DNA of 57,285 nt, counting the filler, from Catajapyx aquilonaris (lineage: Eukaryota): the NCBI GenBank assembly GCA_000934665.2. It is 4 parts of 4 records of this genome, joined end to end, with 100 filler letters (N's around TTAATTAATTAA, not from the genome) between each part and the next. Parts side by side here need not be neighbours in the genome. Positions count along the whole stretch, not along the records: positions 28,618 to 42,801 come from JYFJ02007853.1; positions 42,902 to 57,285 come from JYFJ02007854.1; 2 more parts are not named here. One strand, given 5' to 3'. The translations under genes were made by a program, and so were the position numbers. This document shows, piece by piece, positions 38,923 through 50,820 of the stretch. Every line of letters begins with the position of its first letter. Positions within the stretch are counted from its first letter, which is position 1. The notes under the pieces are model-generated. The model did no database searches and was not told the DNA's origin. It worked only from the letters and a program-made list of their open reading frames with translations.

Positions 38923-41209
38923 TATTGTTCTGCATTTCAGGTCTTGATTATTTTGTATCGAGCAAATCATGATCTGCGGTCACGTGCCAAGTATAAAATA
39001 ATGATACTGATCAACTCATCAATGCGATGAATCGGTTGATGTTGACCGTGCAGATTACTTTGGAAGGGCGGTGCATACGAGTAAAACCATTCCAGGGGGT
39101 GATTTTACGACTTGCGGAATATGTAGAAAAAACACCAGAGGAGCATCCTTAATCTCCGCGCCATTTTCAAAGCAATTTACCAAGTGACGGGTTGCCTTCG
39201 CCACGGTCTTCTTTTTTGAGACCAGCCACTCACCGATGCGACGGTTGGACCCATCATCCAAATGAAAGCGTACACAAGTCACTCCCACCCACCAACCCAC
39301 CCCACCGCGGAAAAAATCCTCGATAGAAGAAATATGTTACAGCTGAGGGTATGACTGTATAAAAAGGGCGATAAAAAATGTGGCGGGCACTTTTGAAGCT
39401 TTGAGCGCCGGTCCCATCACCTGGCCTCAATAGACTCGGGCCAATTACCAGAAGGCTGACGTTACGCCTATTGGAGGCTTTCAATGGGCAGAGAAGCAAG
39501 CGTGGAACTTACTCACGGTGTAAGCATCAGGGTACAAAAGAAAGGCCCAAAAAACTCATTCCCTCCCCCATAATGCAGCACGTAACTCTTCCTAGCCTCG
39601 TTCATCGTCAGCAGACAGGGACGACCTTCCTCTCTTGCTTGCGGACGAGGATCACAAAACACCCACCACATATTCATTTGGGATCATCATTCTGCGGTTT
39701 GCCTCGGTCATGCGCCACTATTCCTACAGGAATATATTTATCACTACGTAGTACGTATTACTGCAATCTCGAAATCATACACGCTGCGCTGTGCCTTCTT
39801 TTTTGCTTCCAACTCACCGCACTCTTCAATCACTAGTTTTGCTTCAATGGTTGATTAGGGGAGTCTAGGCCACTACGGCCACAAGGCAAGTAGGGAGGAG
39901 AACAGGTCAAAGACGTGTTTTGGACCTAGTGGGAGATAATATTATTATTGTTATTACTGGAAAACTATGGAAAAACCCTGCTCAACTCATTCAATCTCTT
40001 CCCATGGAGACCACCTCAAAGGTGGGATCGGGTGGGAGACTATCTTCTTGGCCAAGGTGTCAAGGTATGCAACAGACTCGATCAAGATGAACAGATTAAA
40101 GAATAAAATTATTATCGACTCGTGATTTTTCTAACCAAGTCATTGCCGTACTCCATCGTGGAAGCAACTACTGCGCTTTCAGCGTGCTGTGAAATTCCGG
40201 CGTCCACAAAAACCGGCCTTTTCTTCTCATCACATTTTTTAAGGAAGAAGGACAAATGCACCAGGCATGGAAAATGAGTCCCACTGGTAATATGGGAAGC
40301 ATTTATAGACTAATTAAGTATAGTATGGTGCATAACAAGCATTCCTATAATAAAGAAGCCACAAATCTCGTCAATTGAGCAGTAAACATGTTCGGGTGCT
40401 GTAGCAAACGCTGTCTCTCGCCCCCTGCTTCCCTCATAAACTTGTCTGGAGGTGTTCCCCCATCCCTTTCAGAGAGAGGAAAAAAAGACGTGCCCCCTAC
40501 CATCCATCCAACTTACCCTGGCCTTCAAGATCTCATGCAGAGACCCCTCCTTTGCCCCCTTCTTTCATCTGCACCCAACATCCTTTAGAGACTCTGCAGG
40601 TGCTCGGATTCCACCCTATTTTCCATTTCCCTGCCCTCCCCCATTTTGTTCAGAAAATGACACAATAATTATCTGATCGCTGCTGCATCGACTCTTGTCA
40701 TTCAAAATGATCCATATCATGACTGTGTCGCACCACTCACAAAATAATAGCGGCCATACGCATCACTTTTTCCTGATGAACTTTGCCACGTATTGTAATG
40801 ACAAAAATCCTGGCCTCATCCTCATCCTCAGTCAATTGCTTCGTCTTCTTGGGCAAACACACACACGCGCGCACATACGTATATTTGGATCCACCACTTT
40901 GGCCTATCCCGTAAGAAAAAGGGGAGAGAATCTGCAGGCCTGGCAGGTTTCAGGTAATCCCTTCGGCACAAAGCTCCCGCTCGGACTCTCAATTCTACTG
41001 GCCTGGAGTCCAACTATAAATGAAGATACCAAATCTGTGGCGAGGTTACCCCCATCTTTTTAGCTCCTCCCAATGAACACGAGCAGCAAGACCACCCAAG
41101 AGTTGAGACGACTACGGAACTACCAATCTACTGCCAAATGGACCTGATTGTCCGGAAAGCACGCACGTGTATATCCCTTTTCTTATACCAGAACTTTCGT
41201 GCACATACA

Positions 41210-41831
41210 GTATACCTCAACGAGATATAAATAGGATAGAGGCCGTAAAGGTCGGACATCTTTGATGCAATTGGGGGCCATCAGGCGGCCATGACACTTC
41301 ACGGCAAGAACTTTGAAATTGTAGTATTTCTAACCCTGTTCTCCTCTCCTGCCTCCTGGCGGGACTAGGAAGAAAAGGCAGTCTGGTGAAAGCAACGAGG
41401 TATCGAGGTATGAATAGGGCTAGAGGCCGTAAAGGTCCGCCATCTTTGGTGCAATTGGCGGCCATGCCACTTCACTGCAAAAGAGCATTGGTGATATACA
41501 GAAGTAGACAGTAGCGCCATGCGGCCAGAGGGAAAACCAGCCATGAGTTTACCACCTCACGCGTGTTATTCCGTAAAGTGACATGGCCGCTCAATTGCAT
41601 CAAAGATGGCGGACCTTTACGTCATCAAACCCTATTTTATACCTCGTTGCTTTCACCAGACTGCCATTTATTCCCAGCCCCGCCAGGAGGCAGGAGTGTA
41701 GACAGAGGAGAACAGGGTTGCTAGAAATGCGACAATTTCAAATTCGCGCATGTTCTTGCCGTGAAGTGGCATGGCCGCCAAAGATCACGTGACCTTTACG
41801 GCCTCTACCCTATTCTATCTCGTTGGTATAC
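41210..41831. mobile_element. Fold-back MITE with ~260-bp arms
   Basis: Arms ~41210-41475 and ~41577-41831, each with two copies of aatagg.tagaggccgtaaaggtc. Confidence 0.85.
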
Positions 41832-42008
41832 CTGCAGCCTGTCTTTTCCTAACCTGACCACCAAAGACTGAAGAATGGTGACCAGTGTGCGAATAACATG
41901 TCTCAGCCTAATCTACACGCGCAATCTACACAGTGCCTCTTCCAATCAGAGGTGACGGCAGCTACTGGCTAAAGGTTGAGAGTGAGGAATACGGAGGATA
42001 ATAATAAT

Positions 42009-42623
42009 CAGAGAACGGATTTCTAGGTTTTTTACCTACTTGTTCTTTTGTAGGCAGAAAACCGGAAACAAAATATACGTATATTCGTTTCATAAGACAA
42101 TGACTCAAAAATCGCAGTTTTATAGAACCTAAAATTGCCTATCTCGGACGTTGGAGCCTAAATGGCCTATTAGCGCCTTTTTTGCCTATTTCGACCTTTT
42201 TGACGCCGTTATGTAAGATTTTCGATACTTCTGCGGGGTTCAAGTAATCCCTCCCACTTCCACCTGTGACGAGCGAAGAAGGGTAAGATCCCGGGTAATA
42301 TGCCGTTAACCGTTATTGCGACTCGAAATAGCCGTTAAATAAGCTGCTACACTCGGCCCGACGGCTATTCTATTGGCCACATTGGCTGAGGGAGGATCTT
42401 AACTGTCGCCGAATAACTGCTATTAATCACCGAAAATATGGAATAACTGCTAGTTTGTTACTGTGCTGCACAATTCGATGGCCAAGAGTAGGCTGTAATA
42501 TGTGTAGAAATTGAAATAAATTAGAACCAGCTTGATATATATATAAGGCCTATTTTAACTGTTTTCAGGGCCTAAATGCCTACCTATTTGAGGGTTTTTT
42601 AGAACCTAAAAATCCGTTCGTTG
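42009..42623 (+). mobile_element. Internally deleted hAT-like element
   Basis: TIR cagagaacggatttctaggtt / aacctaaaaatccgttcgttg, 8-bp flanking repeat ATAATAAT (low complexity), and a C-terminal transposase-like relic ITENME*LLVCYC. The same right end occurs at ~13610-13690. Confidence 0.65.
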
Positions 42624-42801
42624 ATAATAATAATTCGCTCTACCAGAAGTGCACTTTCATTTTCGGATCAACTGTTTTGTCCTCTGCAATCATCAAGTAC
42701 AGTATGAAGGTGTGTTTATACCGTCTGGAAGTGCGCCCAGTTCCGGCGAACTGGGTGCTTTTGGAACGATGAGGGTGCCCACCAGAAATAATGTCGCAAG
42801 G

Positions 42802-42901
42802 NNNNNNNNNNNNNNNNNNNNNNNNNNNNNNNNNNNNNNNNNNNNTTAATTAATTAANNNNNNNNNNNNNNNNNNNNNNNNNNNNNNNNNNNNNNNNNNN
42901 N
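42802..42901. other. Artificial contig-joining spacer
   Basis: Same N44-TTAATTAATTAA-N44 structure. Confidence 0.97.
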
Positions 42902-43532
42902 TTTTGCCTAATTGCTCCTTCTGACTTTTAAATAGAATTTGCAGGTATAACTAGCCATAGAGGCCTTCCCACCTGTGGGCAAGAAACCAACAAAGTCCAG
43001 CCCCCAGACCTCCCAGAGCCTTCTGACTGGGGTAGAGTTCGTTGGGTGGCCTAACTTACAGGATATTTTATACTACCTGCTTGAAGGCAATTTGCGCGGT
43101 AATGAGGCGGCCCAGGCACAATCACTCCTCTACATAAAGTGAACCTCTGGTGTCTAGGTAGGGGGTGGTATAGGTTTGTCGGTGTTGTTCATGAACACCC
43201 TGTATAAGTTCAAATTAATAGTCACCACGTGAATGATTCCAAAGAATTTGGAAACTTTGGAGGGAACAATCCATGCTTCATGTCACAAGGCGAGCCTAAG
43301 CAGCCTGGGCTTCTTTTCTAACATTATACTTGTATTCACAGGGTGAGGTATATACAGAATCGCCCCAATGCAATGAAAACCGCTATGCTCGACCCGCATT
43401 CTATAACAGTGTGGATCCAACCTCTTTACCCTTGCGGAACCCTTGCAATATTATTTCACATCTCTAGAAATCCCTATATAAAATTATTATACAGTATATC
43501 AATAATATTATGGCTAAAAAATGCATTTACAT

Positions 43533-43697
43533 ATTATTATTATTATTATTATTATTCTATTATTATTCTATTATTATTCTTCTATTATTATTCTATTATT
43601 ATTCTTCTATTATTATTATTCTATTATTCTTCTTCTATTATTATTATTCTATTATTATATTATTATTATTACTCTATTATTATTATCATTATTACTC

Positions 43698-43730
<33 letters not shown>

Positions 43731-43761
43731 TTTATTATTATTATTATTATCATTATTACTC

Positions 43762-43800
<39 letters not shown>

Positions 43801-43920
43801 TCTATTATTATTATTATTATTACTCTATTATTATTATTATTATTATTACTCTATTATTATTATCATTATTACTCTATTATTATTATCATTATTACTCTAT
43901 TATTATTATCATTATTACTC

Positions 43921-43953
<33 letters not shown>

Positions 43954-44138
43954 TCTATTATTATTATTATTATTATTACTCTATTATTATTATTATTATA
44001 TTATCATTCTATTATTATTATTATTTTATTATTATTACTCTATTATTATTCTATTATTATTATTATTACTCTATTATTATTCTATTATTATTATTATTTT
44101 ATTATTATTACTCTATTATTATTCTATTATTATCATTC

Positions 44139-44181
<43 letters not shown>

Positions 44182-44224
44182 GTCATTATTATTATTATCA
44201 TTATTGTCATTATTATTATTATTA
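43533..44224. repeat. ~690-bp interrupted (TAT)n microsatellite
   Basis: (TAT)n with recurring variants ctattatt / tactc / catt; produces the spurious I/L/Y-rich ORFs. Confidence 0.97.
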
Positions 44225-44799
44225 AATTATCTAGCGTAACCCCAGCAGGGATTTCTCGTGTCCAACATTGCCTATGGTTAACAAGTTACATACACTAATT
44301 GAGGGTGGGTCTAAATCTCGATGTAATCAATTTCCCAATATTTTAAGCAGCTAGATGCACTTATATGCATTTCTTACCACATAATGGTATTACATATACC
44401 GGTATATGGTTGCCCATTGTAAAGCGTGAAAGGCATTCGAGTGACTCATAGAATGGAACAGTTAGAATAATTTTCACCCCTCGAACAACAAGGAAAGCAT
44501 CTATTTTGTGTAGTTCGTTCGACGGACCTCCACAAACCGCCCGGCTATAATAATTATAGTCTGATTCACATTTCTGCAGTGTTATAGGAAAGGGTATGGA
44601 GTCTCTCGATAAAAATTACACAAAGAATGCACTGCATGATATGACTTGTGACAAAAGTAAATCGAAATAATTGAGTCGCTTTCCTGGTCTAAACACATCA
44701 CTTTCATGGCGCGTCACGAGCATGAATACATTTCTGACGTTAAGGCAAAGCCGGTTTCAGGAGTGAGCTCACTTGAAACTGGAAGTAAATAACTCACCA

Positions 44800-45145
44800 T
44801 ATTCCATTAGCGGAATGCGCATCATACGAAATATTTAGGAGTGACGTAAGACACATGTTCATGTGTCTCATCAAATCTTCCGCTTTCCTATACTGAACTC
44901 TACTGCGATTGCAAAATAATCAGGCATACGAATAATAAAATAATAATAATAATAAAAATCTTGAAAATAAATAGTATCCCTGAATCCCAAATGAAATCGA
45001 TATATCATACGAAGCTCCGGAATACTGGCCGTTTACAGCGAATTATTCGCAATCTAAAGATAAATATCCAGTATAACAGTCATGTTGAATAGCCGATGAA
45101 GTGATTAACACATTAAAGTTTTTGTCTAACTGTGAGTTGTATTAT
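44800..45145 (-). pseudogene. Adenain-type cysteine protease relic
   Basis: NT.QL, HFIG, IANNS....P.G, GYYYF, CNRSRVQ...CL (cf. MNTxQL..FxGVF..IxNTD..PGxHW..YFDS..NxxRLQ..CGxYC), directly downstream of the major capsid. Confidence 0.5.
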
Positions 45146-45199
45146 GGGACAAAGACAATGCCGGAATAGCTTGTGAGGCATGGAGGAACGACACCTGAC

Positions 45200-46945
45200 G
45201 TTGGCATTTTTTTGTTCCACCTAATACGAGCGAGGCGAATGTATAAATGTACTTACCAGTGCAAGTGACATACAGCCTTGTCTAAGAGAACATTACTTTC
45301 TACATGATGTGCTGTGGAAGATATCGTCTTGCCCATCACATCTCAGCATCGTAACACTTATGCAGTTTTATCTAAAGTCATGACTGTATCCTCTCTATCA
45401 GCACCAACGATTAGTTGACGGATGGGGAGACGGAGTGGCGCCGCGGTAACGCGCGCGCCCACGGAAGTTAAGGTCCCGGGTTCAATCCCCACCCGGGGTT
45501 CCCACCTTCTTTCGTGCAGAGTTGGGCCATCTCTGGCTTCGTTTCGGGTGGCAATTTCCGATAGACTAAGCCACCCGGGGGAGTTCACAAAATGACGATT
45601 AGAGACATTGCACTTGCACTTTGCACATCCCCTCCCACCCACCCTTGGAGTACACTAATAAGATTCTATCTTAACTCGCTCCAACGAAAACCCCAATGGT
45701 GGTAATCCACCCCCCCTAAGGAGTACGTAACTCCCCCCGTAGGGTAATGCAAAAAAAAAAAACGATTAGTTGACGGACAGTCGGTATAATGCAATGACAC
45801 AGTAGGCCTATCAATGTTGCTTGCAGTATCATTTCTGTAATATTATGGCAAATCATATGCGAGAATGAGAAAACCCATATGTCAAAATTGTTAAGAGAGT
45901 TTCATATGACATTGTCGTCATTCCTAATGAAGACGCAGTGTGACACAACGACAACAATGTTGATCTCATTTGACCCTTTTAAAAATCACAACTCGTATTG
46001 ACTTCCAGGGCATCAGCCGTGATTGGCTGCAGCAGGCTTGGCAGTATAGGCTGGTTATGCTGTAACTCGTTGTGCACTTGTAATGGAGGTAATTATCCGG
46101 TTGCATTCATTGGTATAGTCCCCGACGCCATTTAAGCATTTGTCACGATTGATTCTCCGTGTTTTCTGAGTCAAACATGCGACAATCGGCACACTGGGGT
46201 CTGTGAACCTCCAGTATAGCTTACTCTCTGTCACGGTCGCTCTCTGTTCACGCCACATTTTGACTGTGTAGGTCGTGTATCGTCGTTTTGTGTTGAGGAT
46301 TATCCGCAGTTGTTGTGCAATATGCCCTTCGTACTTGATGTCTTCCTATGTACCTTCTACATTTCATCTATTTGGAAGGAACGAGTACAGACGGTATTCG
46401 TGTCTCCAGACCGCGTGCTGTCCAGCATCCTGACTGGTCGTCCATTTTAATACGTATTATCAGCGATTAAGTCGCCGCAGTTAACGTACCCGTATTTATG
46501 CAGGCGTGGTCAATGAGTGTGCACTATTCGATAGCTACAGTGAAGATCCGCTTTATAGTATAGAGTCTCGTAAGTGTGAATTACTTGGCAGTTTTTCAAA
46601 ATGAAGCTACTGTAGTTGGAAATGCTTTCACTGCAGCATCAGGAGTGAGTTCCTCACAGTCTGTCTTCTGTTTAATGTCAGAGTGGCCGAGTGGTCTAAA
46701 GTCTGTCTTCTGTAGTACTGTATAAAAGAGGGTGGAAAAGGCAACAATGAAAAATAATGCCCTCAAGTGAAAAGACATCGGCCTGTCGCCTGTCTCTGTA
46801 GCCTGGGATGTAATATCCTGATGATTTCTATAGCTTGCTAGGAGCAAAATTTTACCCATTTTCTTCCAACTTCGGGTATTAAAAATGTCAGCATGTTTCT
46901 CGCTGTTTACGCATTCAAGACCTGCCGTATGGAAAGTACGCTTGG
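45200..46945 (-). pseudogene. Major capsid (double jelly-roll) relic, copy 2, apparently full length, interrupted by a SINE
   Basis: FHTAGLECVNSE..DIF (46899; cf. HxxSxECxKSELDLF), PMSFHL, LTPDAAV, YYKADL, GLETR....SK, EDI....LHNN..LRIIL, VTESKLYWR...S.PIVA, F*KGQ, LRQGCMSL. About 1.4 kb after removing the SINE. Confidence 0.72.
45423..45760 (+). mobile_element. tRNA-derived SINE (family B), full length with 17-bp TSD
   Basis: A-box gtggcgccgcggt, B-box ggttcaatccc, poly(A) tail 45751-45760, identical direct repeats AACGATTAGTTGACGGA at 45406-45422 and 45761-45777. Confidence 0.92.
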
Positions 46946-46974
46946 CGCAACAAATATGGTATGATTTTTTTTTT

Positions 46975-47480
46975 AAAGTGGATGCTGTTTAATAAGGCTA
47001 ACTTCTGTTGGCACTAAACAAAACACCGCAGAGGTCTGATGTAATATAATCAATGATGAAGAGCCTTTTGTGCTGTCTGTAGTCCTTTTCAGCCAAACAC
47101 ATTAGTTTCGTCACATCGGTATTCTGTTCGTACTTCACACTTTACGAAGCAAGCTCGATACCATACTGAACACCGGCAATATACATATTATGCACTTGCG
47201 TTCTGGTGACTGCACAGCATGTAGAAGAGCTGGATGGTGTACTCTTCGGTGGTCTTCACATACTAGGTGGACTCTCATGTGAAGAATTTCACTGTACTGT
47301 ACGTCTCTCTCTCCTATGGAATATGTGGAATGTTCCGTAAATATTTCTCTGACGTGTTGTTACTGTCTTAAGGTCGCTAACCAGAGAACCACACAAGCCA
47401 TTGAATTCGTTCTATTATTCCACCAACGGGGCTCGGATAATGAAGGCATCCCTTTGAGTGTGCTATGTACCCAGTGCCAG
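46975..47480 (-). pseudogene. Major-capsid-like relic, copy 1 (N-terminal part only)
   Basis: YSIGERDVQYSEILHMRVHL, LLHAVQS (cf. LHSLFSQ), WYRACF (cf. YPYRAYI), WLKRT, PLRCFV*CQQKLALLNSI (cf. LHxDxFxQxKLLLNGV). Confidence 0.6.
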
Positions 47481-48224
47481 TGTTGAAGGAGCGTGTCGAT
47501 CTTCCTGTGAAATTTCCTGGGAGCGGCGTACTCTTTTTTCCAAGGACGGGTATCCCACGACAAAAGGCAAGTTGTGGAAGGTTCCTCGTTATTGTTCGCC
47601 ATCTGAGACACGATGATGAATCAGTGTGCACTCTCCCTTACGTCATCACCTTGGTTAAATATTCAACCTTGTCTCTCGAGTCCATCATTTTGTCAAAGTC
47701 AGCGGCGGTATAGCAATTATTGGTGTATCTCAAGAGCAATTTTGTGCTCAGAATACCTATCAAAGAAACATTCAGTTGCATCATCCAGGAGCCTTGTGAA
47801 CATGAGTTGTCTCACACACAGTCAGCGGTTTCTAGGGTATTTTGCTATATACGTTAGGGAAATATTCGGTCTTCAATGTACACAGTGCATGTCGCCTGCG
47901 TGTGGAGTTGTGATCATGAGAACGGGCACATCATCCTACCAGTCGTGCACCTCTTTTCTCGTGCACATGATCACTGCCACAAGTCTGTCACTTCCTCTCC
48001 TGACTGGTGCATATTATTATCCGTTAACTTGGTCCAAGCACTTTCGAATTTCAAAATTTCACCGATGGTAATCATTTGTGCCCGGTTTGTGCTCATTTGG
48101 GTTCGAATATGGGCGTTTGTGCAAAATTTTAGTTTCAGAGTTATTGCGATTTCAAGATTTCTTCAAGAAAATAATAGCAGTGGTGGGCATCGTTGGGGTT
48201 AGGAATCCGCCGCATGTGGAGTTG

Positions 48225-48735
48225 AATTGACTCCCGTTGGCGACCCTTCCCTGATTCATGATCGCATGCGTCTGTCTGGATTGGTTGTCCATTAACCTTA
48301 TATTACCAATCCCGCAGTCGAAGTGTGAACTTGGCTCTCTTGCTGGCTGCTGATTGTTGTGCATGTAAACATTGTAAGGGTAAGATCAGAAAGAACTGTT
48401 TGCTGAGGCGTGTTGAGATCTGTAGTGGACATGCAAGTCCGAGTCCGACTCCAGACAGTATTAATATGCCCCTCGTCTGAATTAATCTGGGATGTACTTG
48501 TATGCCCAGTCACCACTGCCATACGTTGTTGTACAGTAAGACCACATGTGTACGCACCCAGGGACATCATCTGTGTATCCCTATACCGGAAAGAGATCCG
48601 GCAAAGACAGGTTATCACGGCCTTTACGTGGCTAAGTTTTGAGTAATCCTTTACTGTTTTGTACTTTCGATGTGTATTAAGGTCATATGAATCAGTCGAT
48701 CCGGGTAGACAAACATAACAAATACAGTGTCTCAA
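48225..48735 (-). pseudogene. Minor capsid (penton, single jelly-roll) relic, copy 2
   Basis: CYVCLPGSTDSYDLNTHRKYKTV....L.....TCLCRISF (in ORF 48298-48753), then LHV.TDLNTPQ..V.SD and HFD..IGNIRLMDNQ.....NQGRV, matching penton N- and C-terminal motifs. Confidence 0.7.
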
Positions 48736-48799
48736 AGTAGTAGTAGTACGCACTGCACAATGTACTGTACATCAATTTTAAAAAAACTGTTTTCACATT

Positions 48800-49030
48800 A
48801 CGGGTTCTGTGCTGGCCTCCTTTTCAGACACCGGGTTATGTCACGAGGACCTCGGGCATTTATTACCACAATTCACTGGTTGTTCTCGCCACTATATAGC
48901 ACAAAATAGCGACATTGCTCTCCGGAAAAAGGTATATCTACAATAATAATTCGAGTGAAATAAGTGGGTATGACGTCACAGTGCTCGTAAAAATTATTAC
49001 TTTGCTCAGAAATGAGCGTCTCAGGACCTG
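48800..49030 (-). pseudogene. Short minor-capsid (penton)-like relic, copy 1
   Basis: TLISEQSNNFY....PTYFTRIIIVDIPFSGEQ resembles the penton N-terminus TLPSxxSxxxYPxNxxxxFxxxLxxxIxLxGxW. Confidence 0.45.
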
Positions 49031-49049
49031 CTGGATAACTCGTGGCATA

Positions 49050-49990
49050 ATCGGCAAGGATGATTGTCGCCTAGTCCTACAACTAGCTTTCAAATATCAT
49101 GGTGTGTGGCCGTTAGTTCAGCCAGAATTTTTATAAAGGCGATGTGACTGTGTGCTACGTTCTTGTCCATATAGGCACCCGACATAATTCAAAGTCCTTT
49201 TGGTTTTGGTCCTCAGCACAAGCAACTCGAATAGACAGCGAGGACATGTTCAAGATGACTATATATTCATAAGTTTGTGGTTAATACCTCCAAGTATACA
49301 ACACAGAGAATGGAAAACAAAGCAAGCATATCGCGCTCTATACAGAGGAGAGTTTAGGGATATTGGGTGCGATTTTATTCTCCTACATTTTAATTGTTGG
49401 CAGATGTAAATGGTCGGCGGGTGTTTCGCCGGGATGAAAGTGGAATGAAAGGAATCCGCTAGAGGAATATTGTGCACGTGAAAGATCAGACATACCTGGC
49501 GTATTTGCCGTGGAGAAACTTTACAGTTCAGACCAGGATATGCGTGGTCAGTCGTGCAATTCCTCTCGCACGTAACCGAGAATGTAGCTATATACTCGCC
49601 CTGACGACTTTTCTGTTAACACAATTGTGAAACGGCGGGAAGTCCTGCATAAAATAATATATATACTAGTCATGTATAAGTTGCAATATCAGTCCTGTCA
49701 CAGTGTTGCGGTAGTTGTCTTCCAAAATAGCTCGTTAAAGTTTAGTCTTGAGAAGAGTGCTAAAAGTTACTGAATGAGAATGATGTAATTATTCTTATAC
49801 GTGTCACAGTCTCCAGAGAATGCCGTCAGCTGCATGGGGTTCGAACTGTTATGGCCGCAATAAATATTATTAAAATCGTGACTTTGCTCAAACAGCTTCA
49901 GGTTATGATGAATAAATTCATTCCGCTTGTTCTGCAGTAGCGGTATATCAAGTCAGCAGATATGAATGTTTCTTCTTTAGACGTGTCAAA
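49050..49990 (-). pseudogene. Polinton retroviral-like integrase relic
   Basis: YIIL...LALFSR (49746; cf. YILxxIDxFSR), NT.RYV.D, DSFHSTFIPA (49427; cf. NSxHSTIxxxP), *NVGE*NR..ISLNSPLYRARY (49378; cf. FxVGDxVRISxxKxxFxKGY), FIKIL (49123; cf. IEKIL). Confidence 0.7.
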
Positions 49991-50199
49991 TGTTCCCCAG
50001 TATGTTGTTATGACGAGCAGCTTGGGTGTTGTGTTGGGTAACCCTGCGTTTGTTTGTGTTGTTTGTGTTGTTTTGATCTGATCGGTGGAAAGGTTTGTTT
50101 GGAATGAATGCCGTTTGGATGGTCACTTGGTCTTGTGTGGGTCGGACGCACGGTTCCTTATTCATATATAGGTCCCTCTCTCCCAATTCAGAATCGGAT

Positions 50200-50399
50200 C
50201 CTCTGGAGGAGGAACAGCAAAAAGGGGCTTCTGGATTGTTGTGGTATGTTGCGGTGGCCATGAACGAAGTCGAGGTAAAGCTGACACTGCATGTCGGGAT
50301 TGTCTGTCTTTTTAATCACTTTCGTGTTGCTCCACTGGGCGACAAACAGTGGCAGACATGGCAATCAAAAGGTGGTCTCAGAATGTCGCGTGTTGACAT
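50200..50399 (-). pseudogene. Polinton packaging ATPase relic (N-terminal Walker A region)
   Basis: MSTRDILRPPFDCHVCHCLSPSGAT resembles xHPFxxxVxGPxxSGKT and starts just after the pPolB end. Confidence 0.5.
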
Positions 50400-50746
50400 T
50401 TTACTGTGGAAATAATAAGCACAGGGTAAAACCCAATCCTGCCGATTGCTCTTGTTACTTTGTTAGTAATAATTGTTGCGAGCAACGAACCAACAATTCA
50501 TGACGGGCGCAATGAGGGCTTTGATTTTCCTCATTACTTTCATATCGACGTTACAATGGTTGAACCTGCGGAAAATTTTTCAAGCTACGTGCCCCTGCTG
50601 CGGTGTTTGCAAATGGTGCGCCCCGTTGGATCTAATCTCATCAAGTTCGCATAAAATTTCGACGTATTCCATTGTATTTGTAACTTGATGCAGTGACGCA
50701 GGGCCTTAACGGCAGGGTCGTCGTATCTCTGACACTGTAACTGCAC

Positions 50747-50820
<74 letters not shown>
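50747..50820. repeat. (AAT)n microsatellite inside the pPolB relic
   Basis: Pure trinucleotide run. Confidence 0.97.

Noticed and set aside
43343..44298. Long I/L/Y-rich ORFs of 234-298 aa (similar ones at 14325 and 30612-31268)
   Set aside because: Translations of (TAT)n, (GAT)n and (CAT)n microsatellites, not genes.
45423..45500. tRNA gene
   Set aside because: The A/B boxes are the head of a SINE with a body, A-tail and TSD; no convincing cloverleaf.
47500..47570. P-loop NTPase (GIPVLGKKST) suggesting a parvoviral NS1 or helicase
   Set aside because: Poor Walker A match with no Walker B; it lies among Polinton structural genes.
48800..49500. Ty3/gypsy integrase reading (HNIPLA...CQQLK, PETLISEQSNNF, W**MPEVL)
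   Set aside because: No RT, RNase H or LTRs were seen. Other frames give a longer ordered match to Polinton integrase, and the neighbours are capsid, ATPase and pPolB relics.
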